The position numbers and the translations under genes are program-made. Shown here one piece after another: positions 20,095-29,800 of a stretch of DNA of 33,850 bases (positions are counted from its first letter, which is position 1; every line of letters starts with the position of its first letter). The notes beneath the pieces were generated by a model. The model was given only the letters and a program-made list of their open reading frames with translations. It made no database searches and was not told the DNA's origin. Source of the DNA: Methanotrichaceae archaeon (GTDB lineage: Archaea > Halobacteriota > Methanosarcinia > Methanotrichales > Methanotrichaceae); NCBI GenBank assembly GCA_963803145.1, contig CAWDLW010000009.1, positions 1 through 33,850 of the forward strand, written 5' to 3'.

Positions 20095-20478
20095 ATGGCA
20101 GGAAAACTGAAACCCAAAATCACAAATCCCCAAACTCAAACAATGAAGAGCGGTAAAGTCTTTGCAAAGTTCTCAGGGCTCAAGGAAGAGATGCCAAAGA
20201 TAATAATGCTCGCGGATAGTACAGCGCTTATCCTTTCCTCAAAGGCTGATCTCTATTATTATACGACTCTGAATAGCTGCAGCTGCCAAACCCGCGAAAA
20301 TCATACGATCCGCCATCTTATTCGTAATCTCCCCCAGGCAACCCGTGAGGCCTCGAAAAACTCAGAGCCGGGGTTGATCCGCATGATTCAGGCAGCTGAG
20401 GAGGATGCAAGCTCAAAGCTCGAGCTCTTCGGGCTAGAACTCTTCGGACCCAAGCCATTCAAGCCAGTCCTGGAGTGA
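20095..20478 (+). CDS. Hypothetical protein with degenerate SWIM-like motif
   Basis: YYTTLNSCSC...RH; the expected third Cys is absent. Confidence 0.55.
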   Translation: MAGKLKPKITNPQTQTMKSGKVFAKFSGLKEEMPKIIMLADSTALILSSKADLYYYTTLNSCSCQTRENHTIRHLIRNLPQATREASKNSEPGLIRMIQAAEEDASSKLELFGLELFGPKPFKPVLE

Positions 20479-21044
20479 TTATAATGGACCCTCCTATCTC
20501 TCAAGGCACGGAGCATGTACTGCTCAAATATCCAGCGCCTTTGCCCATAGCAGAGATTAATAGCGCTCTCGGAGATCTTCAGCCCTTGGCGCCGCAAATC
20601 CATGCGCTGAAGAAGGAGATTCTTGAGAAGGAAAGCGAGGTATTAAAGGCGATCCTGGAGAAAATTGTACCTCTTATACAACTCATCGGTGAGGATCTCG
20701 AAGCCTGCTATAGACGCAATCTGGTTATCCTCAAAAATACTCAAAGGGTAAATTTTGAGGGAGATGCCGCTTTCTATTCTGAGCATCAGCTGATTTTATA
20801 TGAAAACGGCGCGCTTGTAGATCAGCATAGATATGGAGAGAATACAACCATCAAACGCATCGGATGGGAAATTATCGATCAGCATCACATAACGCCTGCA
20901 GAGGCCATAACCGCTTTCGGCTTAGGGGCTATTTCTGAAGGCCTAATAGCGACAATTAAAGGGGCATCGCAATTATTCATCCAGAAGGAAGACTTAGAAA
21001 ATAGACTTAATACTCTAATAAATACCCTGGAGGCATTGAGATGA
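20475..21044 (+). CDS. Hypothetical protein, paralog of 18369..18938
   Basis: GTGA overlap with the upstream gene, as in the other unit. Confidence 0.8.
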   Translation: MIIMDPPISQGTEHVLLKYPAPLPIAEINSALGDLQPLAPQIHALKKEILEKESEVLKAILEKIVPLIQLIGEDLEACYRRNLVILKNTQRVNFEGDAAFYSEHQLILYENGALVDQHRYGENTTIKRIGWEIIDQHHITPAEAITAFGLGAISEGLIATIKGASQLFIQKEDLENRLNTLINTLEALR

Positions 21045-21401
21045 AAACCTCAACTTTTTAGACGACGACACCCGCCAATACTGCTAGCGGAAAATAGCTG
21101 CATGTGTGTGATTTTGCAAGAGTTTTCAAAAGCAAAAAGCAAAAGATCGCCGTATCCTCGTTGAAGTCTTTGGCATCAAGGTTTGATGCTGAAGTTATGG
21201 CAGACTATATTGCTAACTTCTAGATTCTTGTAACGGCCTGAAAGGAAAATCATGGATAGTGGGGATTATTCTGCCACCTGTCTCTTTATAATTATGGCAT
21301 CTGCCTTTAGACTCGCCTATATAGGGATATCCTAACTTTAGAATTGGAAACGCAAAATATATTATAGTAGACTTCCTTATTGCCTGTCTAAAGGTGATTC
21401 T

Positions 21402-21767
21402 ATGGCTACAGAACAGTTATCAATAGCAGATATCCCAAGCTTTACAGGTACTTGGACGGGTTCTTTTAAGGGATATGAACCTGGTAAGGGCTATGTGGAA
21501 GGAAATTTTACTTTAGAAGTCTCTGAGCAAAAGGGCCGGGCCTTCACTGGCACCTTCATAAAAAATTCGAGCGCAACTCAGGGTAAAGGACAGTTAACGC
21601 TAAGTTTTTTCGGTGTAATTGGTTTTGATAATAAGACCTTTTATACCGTTGATAGTAATGGACATAGTATAGGTAGCATCCTCTCAAATGATAACCTCCA
21701 AGTGGTATACCTGGGAAATGGAAAGAATTCTGGGGCGTATTTCGATATCGTTTATCGGAAAAAATAG
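21402..21767 (+). CDS. Hypothetical beta-rich protein
   Basis: 121 aa with FTGTWTGSF; GGTGA RBS upstream and T-tract downstream. Confidence 0.65.
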   Translation: MATEQLSIADIPSFTGTWTGSFKGYEPGKGYVEGNFTLEVSEQKGRAFTGTFIKNSSATQGKGQLTLSFFGVIGFDNKTFYTVDSNGHSIGSILSNDNLQVVYLGNGKNSGAYFDIVYRKK

Positions 21768-22091
21768 CGTTCAATTATCGAAATCAATCTTTTTTTGGCC
21801 TCAATTTATCTTAGGCAAATTTAGTCTGCAATCCTAATCGTAATCCTGTAACCCTGAAACTTCAGCATAGCTCGTTTTCTTTACACTGCCAAGATACATC
21901 TCCAGACCTGTTCGAAACGGAGGCAGCTTTAAATACGGTTGCTCAACTACCTGTCTACTAACAGGGGTTCAGTCCCAAATAATGGGTAAAAACCAGATAA
22001 AAGATGTTATAGGCAGGGATCACCTGCCTAAATTGGATTCTCACTAAGTTGAGCTCCCAGCAGCATTCCTGATATTGGAAGCATTTGTGGC

Positions 22092-22760
22092 TCAATTTGC
22101 GGACGTGTCACCGGATACAGAATATTGCGTGATGTAGGTACTGCCATCCTCGTTAACATTTACCTTATCGGTCTGGACTCCGAATAGTAAGCCGTCTGTC
22201 TTTCCATCTCCATTGCTGTCTAGAGCCAGAACTGGAGCTACTTCTTCATTAGTTAAATGCAGGTTATAGGTCCCTGGGGATATTGAGAGCTCCTTCTGTG
22301 ATAATGGTACCCAAAGGGCGTCTGCCTTTTTATCTCCATTCAAGTCGACAAGGTAAGCAGACAGTTGTATTCCGCTAATGGTAAATTTAGTCTGGGACTC
22401 TGATGAAGAAGTTGATACTGGGTTTGATGCTGAAGTTATGGCAGATGTTCCGGCAGCGTTTGCTCTTAGATCATCATCTGAAATCACTAGAATGGTACTA
22501 CCAGTGGCGGTTGTGGAGTTAGATTGACCAAGTGGCTTTTGGGAACCAATGCCGGATGTGGTATCAAGTGGCTTTGGAAAACCAATGCCTGATGTAGTAT
22601 CAAGCGGCTTTGGGAAACCAGCAGAGTTTTGGGTCGATACATTCGGGGACTCCTGTGATTTTATATGCCCACCACCACCCAGTGAATCCTGAGCCAAGGC
22701 ATCGACTGCCAGTCCTACGAGGAAACAAATAGCTAACGCTATTAAAAGTGCTTTTCTCAT
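22092..22760 (-). CDS. Secreted Ser/Thr-rich protein with 12-aa repeats and DxNGD motifs
   Basis: Signal peptide; GFPKPLDTTSGI repeats (36-bp units, 22529..22620); DLNGDKKAD and DSNGDGKTD; GGAGG RBS. Confidence 0.8.
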   Translation of the reverse strand: MRKALLIALAICFLVGLAVDALAQDSLGGGGHIKSQESPNVSTQNSAGFPKPLDTTSGIGFPKPLDTTSGIGSQKPLGQSNSTTATGSTILVISDDDLRANAAGTSAITSASNPVSTSSSESQTKFTISGIQLSAYLVDLNGDKKADALWVPLSQKELSISPGTYNLHLTNEEVAPVLALDSNGDGKTDGLLFGVQTDKVNVNEDGSTYITQYSVSGDTSAN

Positions 22761-22949
22761 ATTATAACGCCTCCTTTTGTTCTCAAAATATCCCTAATCA
22801 TTAATGTTATAAAAATGTTTGTAATTTTTGAACGATGAAACTTAATTAATGCGGGCTTCGACGACTTTTAAAAGCTAAAATATGAAAAATCCATATATAT
22901 TATTTAAAAGATTCTTGATAAATATTTTTAATAAGAATGAAAGATGAAA

Positions 22950-23014
22950 TAGAAAACAAACTTAATACGCTTATAAATACCCAGGAGGCATTGAGATGAG
23001 AGACTCAACTTTTT
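22950..23014. repeat. Orphan copy of the 3' end of the 189-aa gene (matches 20995..21059)
   Basis: TAGAAAACAAACTTAATACGCTTATAAATACCCAGGAGGCATTGAGATGA..CTCAACTTTTT versus TAGAAAATAGACTTAATACTCTAATAAATACCCTGGAGGCATTGAGATGA..CTCAACTTTTT. Confidence 0.85.
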
Positions 23015-23034
23015 GTTCATGAAAATATCGAAAC

Positions 23035-23490
23035 CTAGACAACCGTTTCGCCCTTCAGTTTTTTCCATTCTTTATACAGCGCCTGAATTTGCCTGTCCTT
23101 GATCATAAGGAGGGTCTTTACATCGGGAATTAAGAAGGTTATGCCGCCAATTGTGAGCGGATCACAATGGGCCGCTTCCAGAAGCTGGTATTCGTCACCC
23201 ATCCATACGTCTTTGATGAAGATTTGCAACGCGAACGATGCCAGATATATTCTGAGAAATATAATATCGTTGATTCCCGTGACAGTTTCCATCTTGCCGA
23301 ACGTTCTGAGCGCATGCACGATCCTGTCAGCCTCTTCATACGAGCAGCAGATATCGATATCTCTAGTGGCATCCTTCAAGCCATGCCACAGAAAAGCAGC
23401 ACCTGCGAATAAGTACACGTTGGTTGGGGCTTGAACTTTTGAGCCGATGTAGGCCAGGTCGGCCAATAGCTGCGCTTTATTCTCAATCAT
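23035..23490 (-). CDS. DUF6036-like (Pol-beta superfamily) nucleotidyltransferase
   Basis: YLFAGAAFLWHGLKDATRDIDI motif and LLMIK. Confidence 0.65.
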   Translation of the reverse strand: MIENKAQLLADLAYIGSKVQAPTNVYLFAGAAFLWHGLKDATRDIDICCSYEEADRIVHALRTFGKMETVTGINDIIFLRIYLASFALQIFIKDVWMGDEYQLLEAAHCDPLTIGGITFLIPDVKTLLMIKDRQIQALYKEWKKLKGETVV

Positions 23491-24258
23491 ATTCCCACGA
23501 CCCAAATCTTATTGTACCGATTCGTCCCTGTGCTTCAGAGCACTATGCCCTCTGCAATAATTGATGTTGGCGAGATGCAGGTTCATCTGGCGATCCAATT
23601 TCCCTCCAAACCAACAATCTTTCATGATATGCGGTTGTTATCCCGTTTACAGGCCAAATTTTGTCGTTCAAGATCATTTAGATGTTGGTCCATAATTCAT
23701 CATTTATTTCCAGAACTGCCACCCAGTCCTAGCTTTGGCTCCCGTCGATGAATGCGAAAGCTATTTTAACCTAAACCTTGAAGGCGTTACCTATCTATAT
23801 AGGCGGCGAATGAGCGTAGGTCAAACCTCCTTTGGGTTATCAATAGTTCTTCTTACGCCTGCGCTCCGCTCTAGCCTTTCGGGGCCGGTTACCAGGAGGA
23901 TTCAGTTGATCAACTTTATCTGAACCACCCCTGCTTTTATGTAATTCCTCGAATTCCTTGCTGCAAAAAGCTTTACTGCTATCAGTTCAGGTTGTTCTAT
24001 CTGGATATGCCGGTTCAACCACTCATCTCAACAACAAAGTTAATATTTTAGAACAGTAAATGATGCCATAGCCAGCAAGCTATGGCAAAAGCCTCGTTTT
24101 TAATTCACCCGGGTCTTCCCGGCTGGTCGGAAGGCCCATGAACCCTTTCAAGCGGTACATACTTTGAGGCGTCCCTCTTCCCAATCAGCAGTCCTAAATG
24201 TAGGAATTGGGTAGAAATTCAAGCCTAACTAACGCCGCAAAACTTCAATCCCCAGCCC

Positions 24259-24897
24259 TCAGATTGCCTTGTTAAATATCGCCGCGACCTCAGAGCGCAT
24301 CATATCTTTTCCTTTTATCCGCATCTTCCAGCAGTGAGATGAAACAGATAACGGTTCCAGGCCAGGAAAAAGTTCCGCGATTTCATCTTCAGTGAAGTAG
24401 TGGGTTATCACACCATGGCCACGTCTGAACGTACTCAGCTCGACCTCTTTGCCTTTGCCCAACCTCATGTCTTCCGCTCCGAACTCCCTGAGAAAGAGCT
24501 TGCCTCCCTTTCTCAATACCCGTGTAGCTTCAGAGGCAGCACTCTCACGATCGGCCAGAAGAAGATGGCCTGTAACATGAAATGCGAAAATAGCATCGAA
24601 TGATTCATCCCGAAACGGCAGGCGTCGGGCATCAGCTAAGAGGAGAAAAGCTTCCTGCATGGTTATTCTGCTCAGCCTCAATGCTTCTGCCGAGATATCC
24701 AGAGCAGTTATCCTCCAGTCTCTGCCCGCCATTGCAGAAAGCGTTTTGCCATCGCCGCAGCCGAGCTCAAGCACTTCTGAGCCCTCTCGCAAATCTGGAA
24801 TATCCTTTGTGGCGCTGCCCCACAATCGTCCACGGCTGCGATAATCCTTATCCCATGCGTCCAGATTGCTGTCCACATGCTTTGATTGAATTTTCAT
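24259..24897 (-). CDS. Class I SAM-dependent methyltransferase
   Basis: VLELGCGDGK, LPFRDESFD and RVLRKGG motifs. Confidence 0.9.
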   Translation of the reverse strand: MKIQSKHVDSNLDAWDKDYRSRGRLWGSATKDIPDLREGSEVLELGCGDGKTLSAMAGRDWRITALDISAEALRLSRITMQEAFLLLADARRLPFRDESFDAIFAFHVTGHLLLADRESAASEATRVLRKGGKLFLREFGAEDMRLGKGKEVELSTFRRGHGVITHYFTEDEIAELFPGLEPLSVSSHCWKMRIKGKDMMRSEVAAIFNKAI

Positions 24898-24929
24898 GAA
24901 ATAATCCTTTGGAGACTTTCAATGACTAC

Positions 24930-24966
24930 TATGACTGCTATCACTAATATGATTGCTATCACTAAT
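24930..24966. repeat. 18-bp tandem duplication in a divergent promoter region
   Basis: TATGACTGCTATCACTAA TATGATTGCTATCACTAA. Confidence 0.6.
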
Positions 24967-25004
24967 CCAATGATTATTAGTCTCAGAATATCCTGTGCAT
25001 ATCT

Positions 25005-25955
25005 ATGGACGTTCTGGACAGGTTCAGAGGCTGCTTATTGGGCTTGGCAGTAGGCGATGCCCTAGGGATGCCGGTCGAAGGCTACACCTCTGAGGAGATA
25101 AAAGCAAAGTTCGGCGAAGTCAGAGATATGATGCCTGCCCAGGAGGGCCATTTCCATGCCGGCATGAAGGCAGGTCAGTATACGGATGACACTCTAGAGA
25201 CTCTGCTTCTTGCTGAGTCTATGATAGAGTCATCAGGCTTCTCAGCTGAGAGATTTTCAGAAAAGTTAAGGGCGTGGGGCAGTGCCTGGCCTCTGGATGA
25301 GAGCACTAGCAGGGGAGTGGGCTTAGCCACGAAATCCTCAGTTGAGAGTATGATCGCTGGTGCTTCTTGGAAGGAGTCCGGTGCCATGATACCAACATGC
25401 GGATCAGCAATGAGAACTGCGCCTATAGGTCTCGTTTATCGCTGCGATCTGAGCTTAGTCGGCAGATACGCCGATCTTCAATCTCTGCCGACTCATTGCA
25501 GTCCAGCCGCCAGGGCGGGAAGCATAGCCGTGGCTGTAGCCATAGCCCTTTGCACTAGCGGCTTTCCAAAAGAGACTGTGCTGCATACTGCCTGCAGTCT
25601 CGCTCGAAAGGTTGATAAGGGATTTGCAGATCGCCTAGCGGGACTCGAATCTCTTATGGGCATTGAGCCTTCAAAGGCGTTGGCAGCTATCGGCAACTCG
25701 CCCGAAGTCTCTGAGACCGTGCCTGCAGCATTCTACTGCTTCCTTAAGTTCGATCCTGAGGAGGCGCTGATTATGGGAGCGAGTAGCGGGGGAGATACAG
25801 ATTCCATAGCCTCCATCGCAGGCTCCCTCTTTGGAGCATCGCAGGGAGCTTCATGGATTCCTGAGCGCTGGCTGACATGTGTTGAGAACAGGGATCATAT
25901 AGAGAAGGTTGCTGAAGGGCTGGCACACTTGAGTTCTGTCCTGTGCGGATGCTAA
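25005..25955 (+). CDS. ADP-ribosylglycohydrolase (DraG/ARH family)
   Basis: GLAVGDALGMP, YTDDT, GSAMR, TH and GGDTDS motifs. Confidence 0.92.
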   Translation: MDVLDRFRGCLLGLAVGDALGMPVEGYTSEEIKAKFGEVRDMMPAQEGHFHAGMKAGQYTDDTLETLLLAESMIESSGFSAERFSEKLRAWGSAWPLDESTSRGVGLATKSSVESMIAGASWKESGAMIPTCGSAMRTAPIGLVYRCDLSLVGRYADLQSLPTHCSPAARAGSIAVAVAIALCTSGFPKETVLHTACSLARKVDKGFADRLAGLESLMGIEPSKALAAIGNSPEVSETVPAAFYCFLKFDPEEALIMGASSGGDTDSIASIAGSLFGASQGASWIPERWLTCVENRDHIEKVAEGLAHLSSVLCGC

Positions 25956-25981
25956 GGCGAGCGAATTTATAGAAAGCAGGC

Positions 25982-26159
25982 AGAAGACCCGCTCCCTTTT
26001 AAGAAGAGTTAAGGCTGGAGATAAACCAGGCTATCCTCGATTCAAAGGTTAAGGCTAGTTTAGTCGTTCAGGTATCCACAGGCCGGTTTCAAGCTTGAAG
26101 GCTCAAAGCTGACTCTTCCCAAGATAGGTTCTATCAGGATCTTCAAACACCGAGGTTAA
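25982..26159 (+). pseudogene. IS200/IS605 TnpB remnant with an end-like motif
   Basis: Translates LRRVKAGDKPGYPRFKG*G*F/SFRYPQAGFKLEGSKLTLPKIGSIRIFKHR (2 stops, 1 frameshift); preceded by AGAAGACCCGCTCCCTTT. Confidence 0.8.
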
Positions 26160-26175
26160 CTTTACACCCCTCTAA

Positions 26176-26270
26176 TTCCGGGGCGCCCGCGAGTCGCTTC
26201 GCTCCCGCGCTAGCTGTTTACGGGGCTGTCGCTCAGTCGCCGCGACGGGCTAACGCCCTCCGGGATGGTT
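26176..26270 (+). repeat. GC-rich interspersed repeat, copy 3 (diverged)
   Basis: TTCCGGGGC..CGCGCTAGCTGTTTACGGGGCTGTCGCTCAGTCGCCGCGACGGGCT; compensatory stem GTCGC/GCGAC. Confidence 0.7.
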
Positions 26271-26463
26271 CATGCGAGAAGAGACTACAGGTTGATTGAT
26301 TGCTTGTCTCCTCGCCTGCCAGCCAGCCCTTTGTGATCATGGCCTCCTTTCACCAGATGTCATGATAGATATAGATTATGACGTTCTCGATTCAGTCAAA
26401 TCCCCAAACAGAAATGTTAATAGTGATGAATGGCAGATACGCCAATAGAGGAGGAAAATTCAA

Positions 26464-26808
26464 GTGGATTATCCCCTGGCGATCTCGCCCGACCTGCAAA
26501 TAGATGCCAAAGAGTTCACGTCTGCCTGGAACCAGCAGCCTGAGAGCAGCAAGATAGCCCACGCCCAAATGGCCACAGCCGCCAAAGAGAGCTATCCTTT
26601 CATAACTCCAGAGATGATTAATCAGGGTTTGGTGCTGCTGGCGGGAGTTGCAGGTACCATCGCCATTGATGTAGTTAAAGATGTGATTAAGGAGCGCATT
26701 TCGAAGATGCTTTCTGCCCGATTTGGCTCCAAAGCTCTTCCGCCTTTTGAGGTTATAGTTATCCAGCCTGGTGACAAAACCATGATCATAGTCAAGCCCA
26801 CTGCCTGA
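26464..26808 (+). CDS. Small protein with a central Gly/Ala-rich hydrophobic helix (EACC1-like), partner of the CHAT-STAND gene
   Basis: GAGGAGG RBS (26448..26454); GLVLLAGVAGTIAIDVVKDVIK; C-terminal beta hairpin; ends 20 nt upstream of the CHAT gene. Confidence 0.7.
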   Translation: MDYPLAISPDLQIDAKEFTSAWNQQPESSKIAHAQMATAAKESYPFITPEMINQGLVLLAGVAGTIAIDVVKDVIKERISKMLSARFGSKALPPFEVIVIQPGDKTMIIVKPTA

Positions 26809-26828
26809 TCCAACTCAGAGGATCTCCC

Positions 26829-29800
26829 ATGACACTTATAACCATCCGTGAGACTGGCAGTATAACTGATAGCCCAAATGCCTTTGTAAGCTTTGACCGT
26901 CAAGGTGAGTATCCTATCACGATCACCAATCCCTTCTCAAAGGATGATGAGAAGGACCTGGAGTGGTACTTTGAGAAGTATCTGCGGTTCCCTTTTCTTG
27001 AGGGCGTCAGGGTTGACAAAGCCGAAAAGAGCATTCTCGCATACGGTCAAGCACTCTTCGAACAGGTATTCAAAGACAGAGATGCCTATGGCCAGTACGC
27101 TCAGGCTCGACAAAACGGCATAGAGAACATCCAGTTCGAAATCGAGGGTTCATCAGGGTTCTTCCATCAGATGCATTGGGAAGCTCTTAAAGATCCGAAA
27201 TGGCCCAATCCTTTCGTGCTCGAGGCACCCATGGTTCGGAGCATCAAAAAATCATCTGTTATACAAGCTCAATGCCAGCCCTCGCCTACAATCAATCTTC
27301 TTATAGTTACTGCCAGGCCGGATGGCAGACAGGATGTTGGCTACCGAACTATATCCCAGCCTCTTGTCGAGAGCCTGCAACAGGCCAAAATACCCGTGAA
27401 TATAGATATACTGAGACCGGGGACCTATAAAGCCCTGACAGATCATCTTGATTCAGTTCGAGATAAACACGGCAAGGGCTATTACCACATAATTCACTTC
27501 GATTTACACGGCGCCCTGGAAACATACGAACAACTCAAGCAGGATGCTAAGGCCGATAGACTCCTCTTCCAGAAGCGCTATGGTCGAAAGGACTATCCTT
27601 CTTTTGAGGGTCAGAAGGCCTTTCTGTTCTTCGAGACGGATAAGTCTGGCCAGGCCGATCCTGCTGAAGCTACCGAGGTCGCAGAGCTGCTTATAAGCCA
27701 CCAGATACCTATTGTAGTTCTTAACGCCTGCCAGTCAGGCAAGCTCACGGAATACACAGAATCCAGCCTTGGCAGCAGGCTGCTTGAGGCCGGAGTGCAG
27801 ACAGTCGTGGCTATGAGCTATTCTGTTACTGTCAGCGCAGCATCTCGGATGATGTCTGAGCTATACAGCAAGCTGGTCGACAGGGCAGATCTAGCTCATG
27901 CTCTATGCCATGCTCGTAAGGCTCTGGCTGATGAGAAGGATCGTAGAGCCTATTTCAACCAGACCATAAACCTCGAGGACTGGATGCTGCCTGTAGTCTA
28001 CCAGAGCGGCGGAGCGAAGGCCAAACCGGCTCTGAACCTTAGGGATTTCAAGCCTGTAGAGCAGGCAGAATACTGGGAAAGGCTGGCTGAACTTTATGAA
28101 GCTCCCGAACCGACTTATGGGTTTGTTGGCCGGGACTTGGATATTTTGGAAGCTGAGCGACGGGTTCTGAGTACAAGCGAAGGCAAAAGACGAAATATAT
28201 TGCTTATCCAGGGCATGGGCGGATCAGGCAAAACCACGTTGCTCAAGCATTTGATGGAGTGGTGGCAGACAACTGGGTTCGTGCAGGAGATGTTCTACTT
28301 CGGGTATGATGAACGAGCCTGGAGCCTGGAGCAGATCATGTATGAGATAGCTCAGAAACTGCTTGCTGACAAACCTCATGCGCCCAGGACCTTTAGGCTG
28401 GAGAGCTTCATGGGCATGAATCAGGCAGCCCAGGGAAAGATGCTAGGCAATAAGTTGCGCAGCGAGCATCATCTGCTGGTGCTGGACAATATGGAATCCA
28501 TAACTGGCACGAATCTCGCCATAAAGAATACTCTGAAACCCGAGGAGCAACAGGCTCTACGTTCGTTCCTTTCAGATCTTCTGGGAGGCGAAACTATAGT
28601 GCTTCTTAGCTCACGCGGCAGTGAGGAGTGGTTGGCCGAAGGCTCAAATGCGCCACTGAGGAAGAACGATATTTATAGCCTGCCCGGTCTGGATACTGAG
28701 GCAGCTTCTACCCTTGCCGAGAGGGTACTCGAGAGGCATATCGGCGATTCCGAGAAGAGGAGCAAATATCGCCAGAGCGATGATTTCAAGGAGCTTCTGA
28801 AGATTCTGGATGGCTATCCTTTGCCCATACAAGTGGTCATGGCTAACCTGTCTTCCCAAGAGCCTTCGGAGATTCTGAAAGCCTTCAAAGAGGGAGGGAT
28901 GATTCAGGATGGGACCATCCCGAGCAAGACAGAGAATATCATGCTCTGTATCGATTACTCGCACGGCAACCTCGCTCCAGAGGCCCAGAGGCTTCTGATG
29001 TGCCTGGCGCCATTTACAGGAGTCGTATATAAGCTTCTTATAGAGAAGTATACGAAATACCTGAAGGCCCAGCCTGCCCTGGCGGATCTGAGGTTCGATA
29101 TGTGGGGTGAGGTGTTCAAGGCCACTGAGGCCTGGGGACTAATCACGCTATATAAAGAGCCTGGATATGAAGTGCCTGGGTATCTGAGGCTTCAGCCCGT
29201 TCTGCCCTACTTCTTGCGAATACGTCTCAACCAGGAGCCTCAGATGCGTCAGGCAATTGAAACTGCCTTTAGGCAGATCTATGATGTTTTTGGATATCAA
29301 ATGAGCGATATAATGCAATCCAAACAACCTGACCCAAAGCAGGCAGGCCAGGCACTCGCCATGTTGGAGTACGAGAACTTGATAACAGCTCTGGAGCTGG
29401 ACCTAAAAGCACAGGTGTCTGTTAGCGGACCCTATTCTGCTCTTTCTCGTTATTTAGATATCACAAAGGACCAGAGTCGAGGTCTGGAGCTGGGTGAAAA
29501 GATCATGGCCGGGCTTGAAGGCTATCCGCCTGCGATCCTGGAAGGGCAGATCGGATTTGATATCGTGGCTGTCATGAGTAATGAGATAGCCGAACGCCAG
29601 CTCAAGCTCAAAAAATTTTCAGAAGCCGAGGCGTCATATCAGAAGGCCCTGAAGCTGCTCGATTGTTTGATGAATATCGATGAGAAGTCAAAAGCCGATG
29701 CAAAAGCTGTGATATACCATAATCTGGGCAGGGTGGCTCAGGAGCAAATACAATGGAACCAGGCTGAAGACTACTACAAGAAGGCTATCGAGATCAAAAT

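Noticed and set aside
25005-25955. ADP-ribosylglycohydrolase as part of the CHAT system
   Set aside because: Separated by 500 bp containing a TnpB remnant and a repeat; it looks like resident chromosome, and nothing in the sequence supports linkage.
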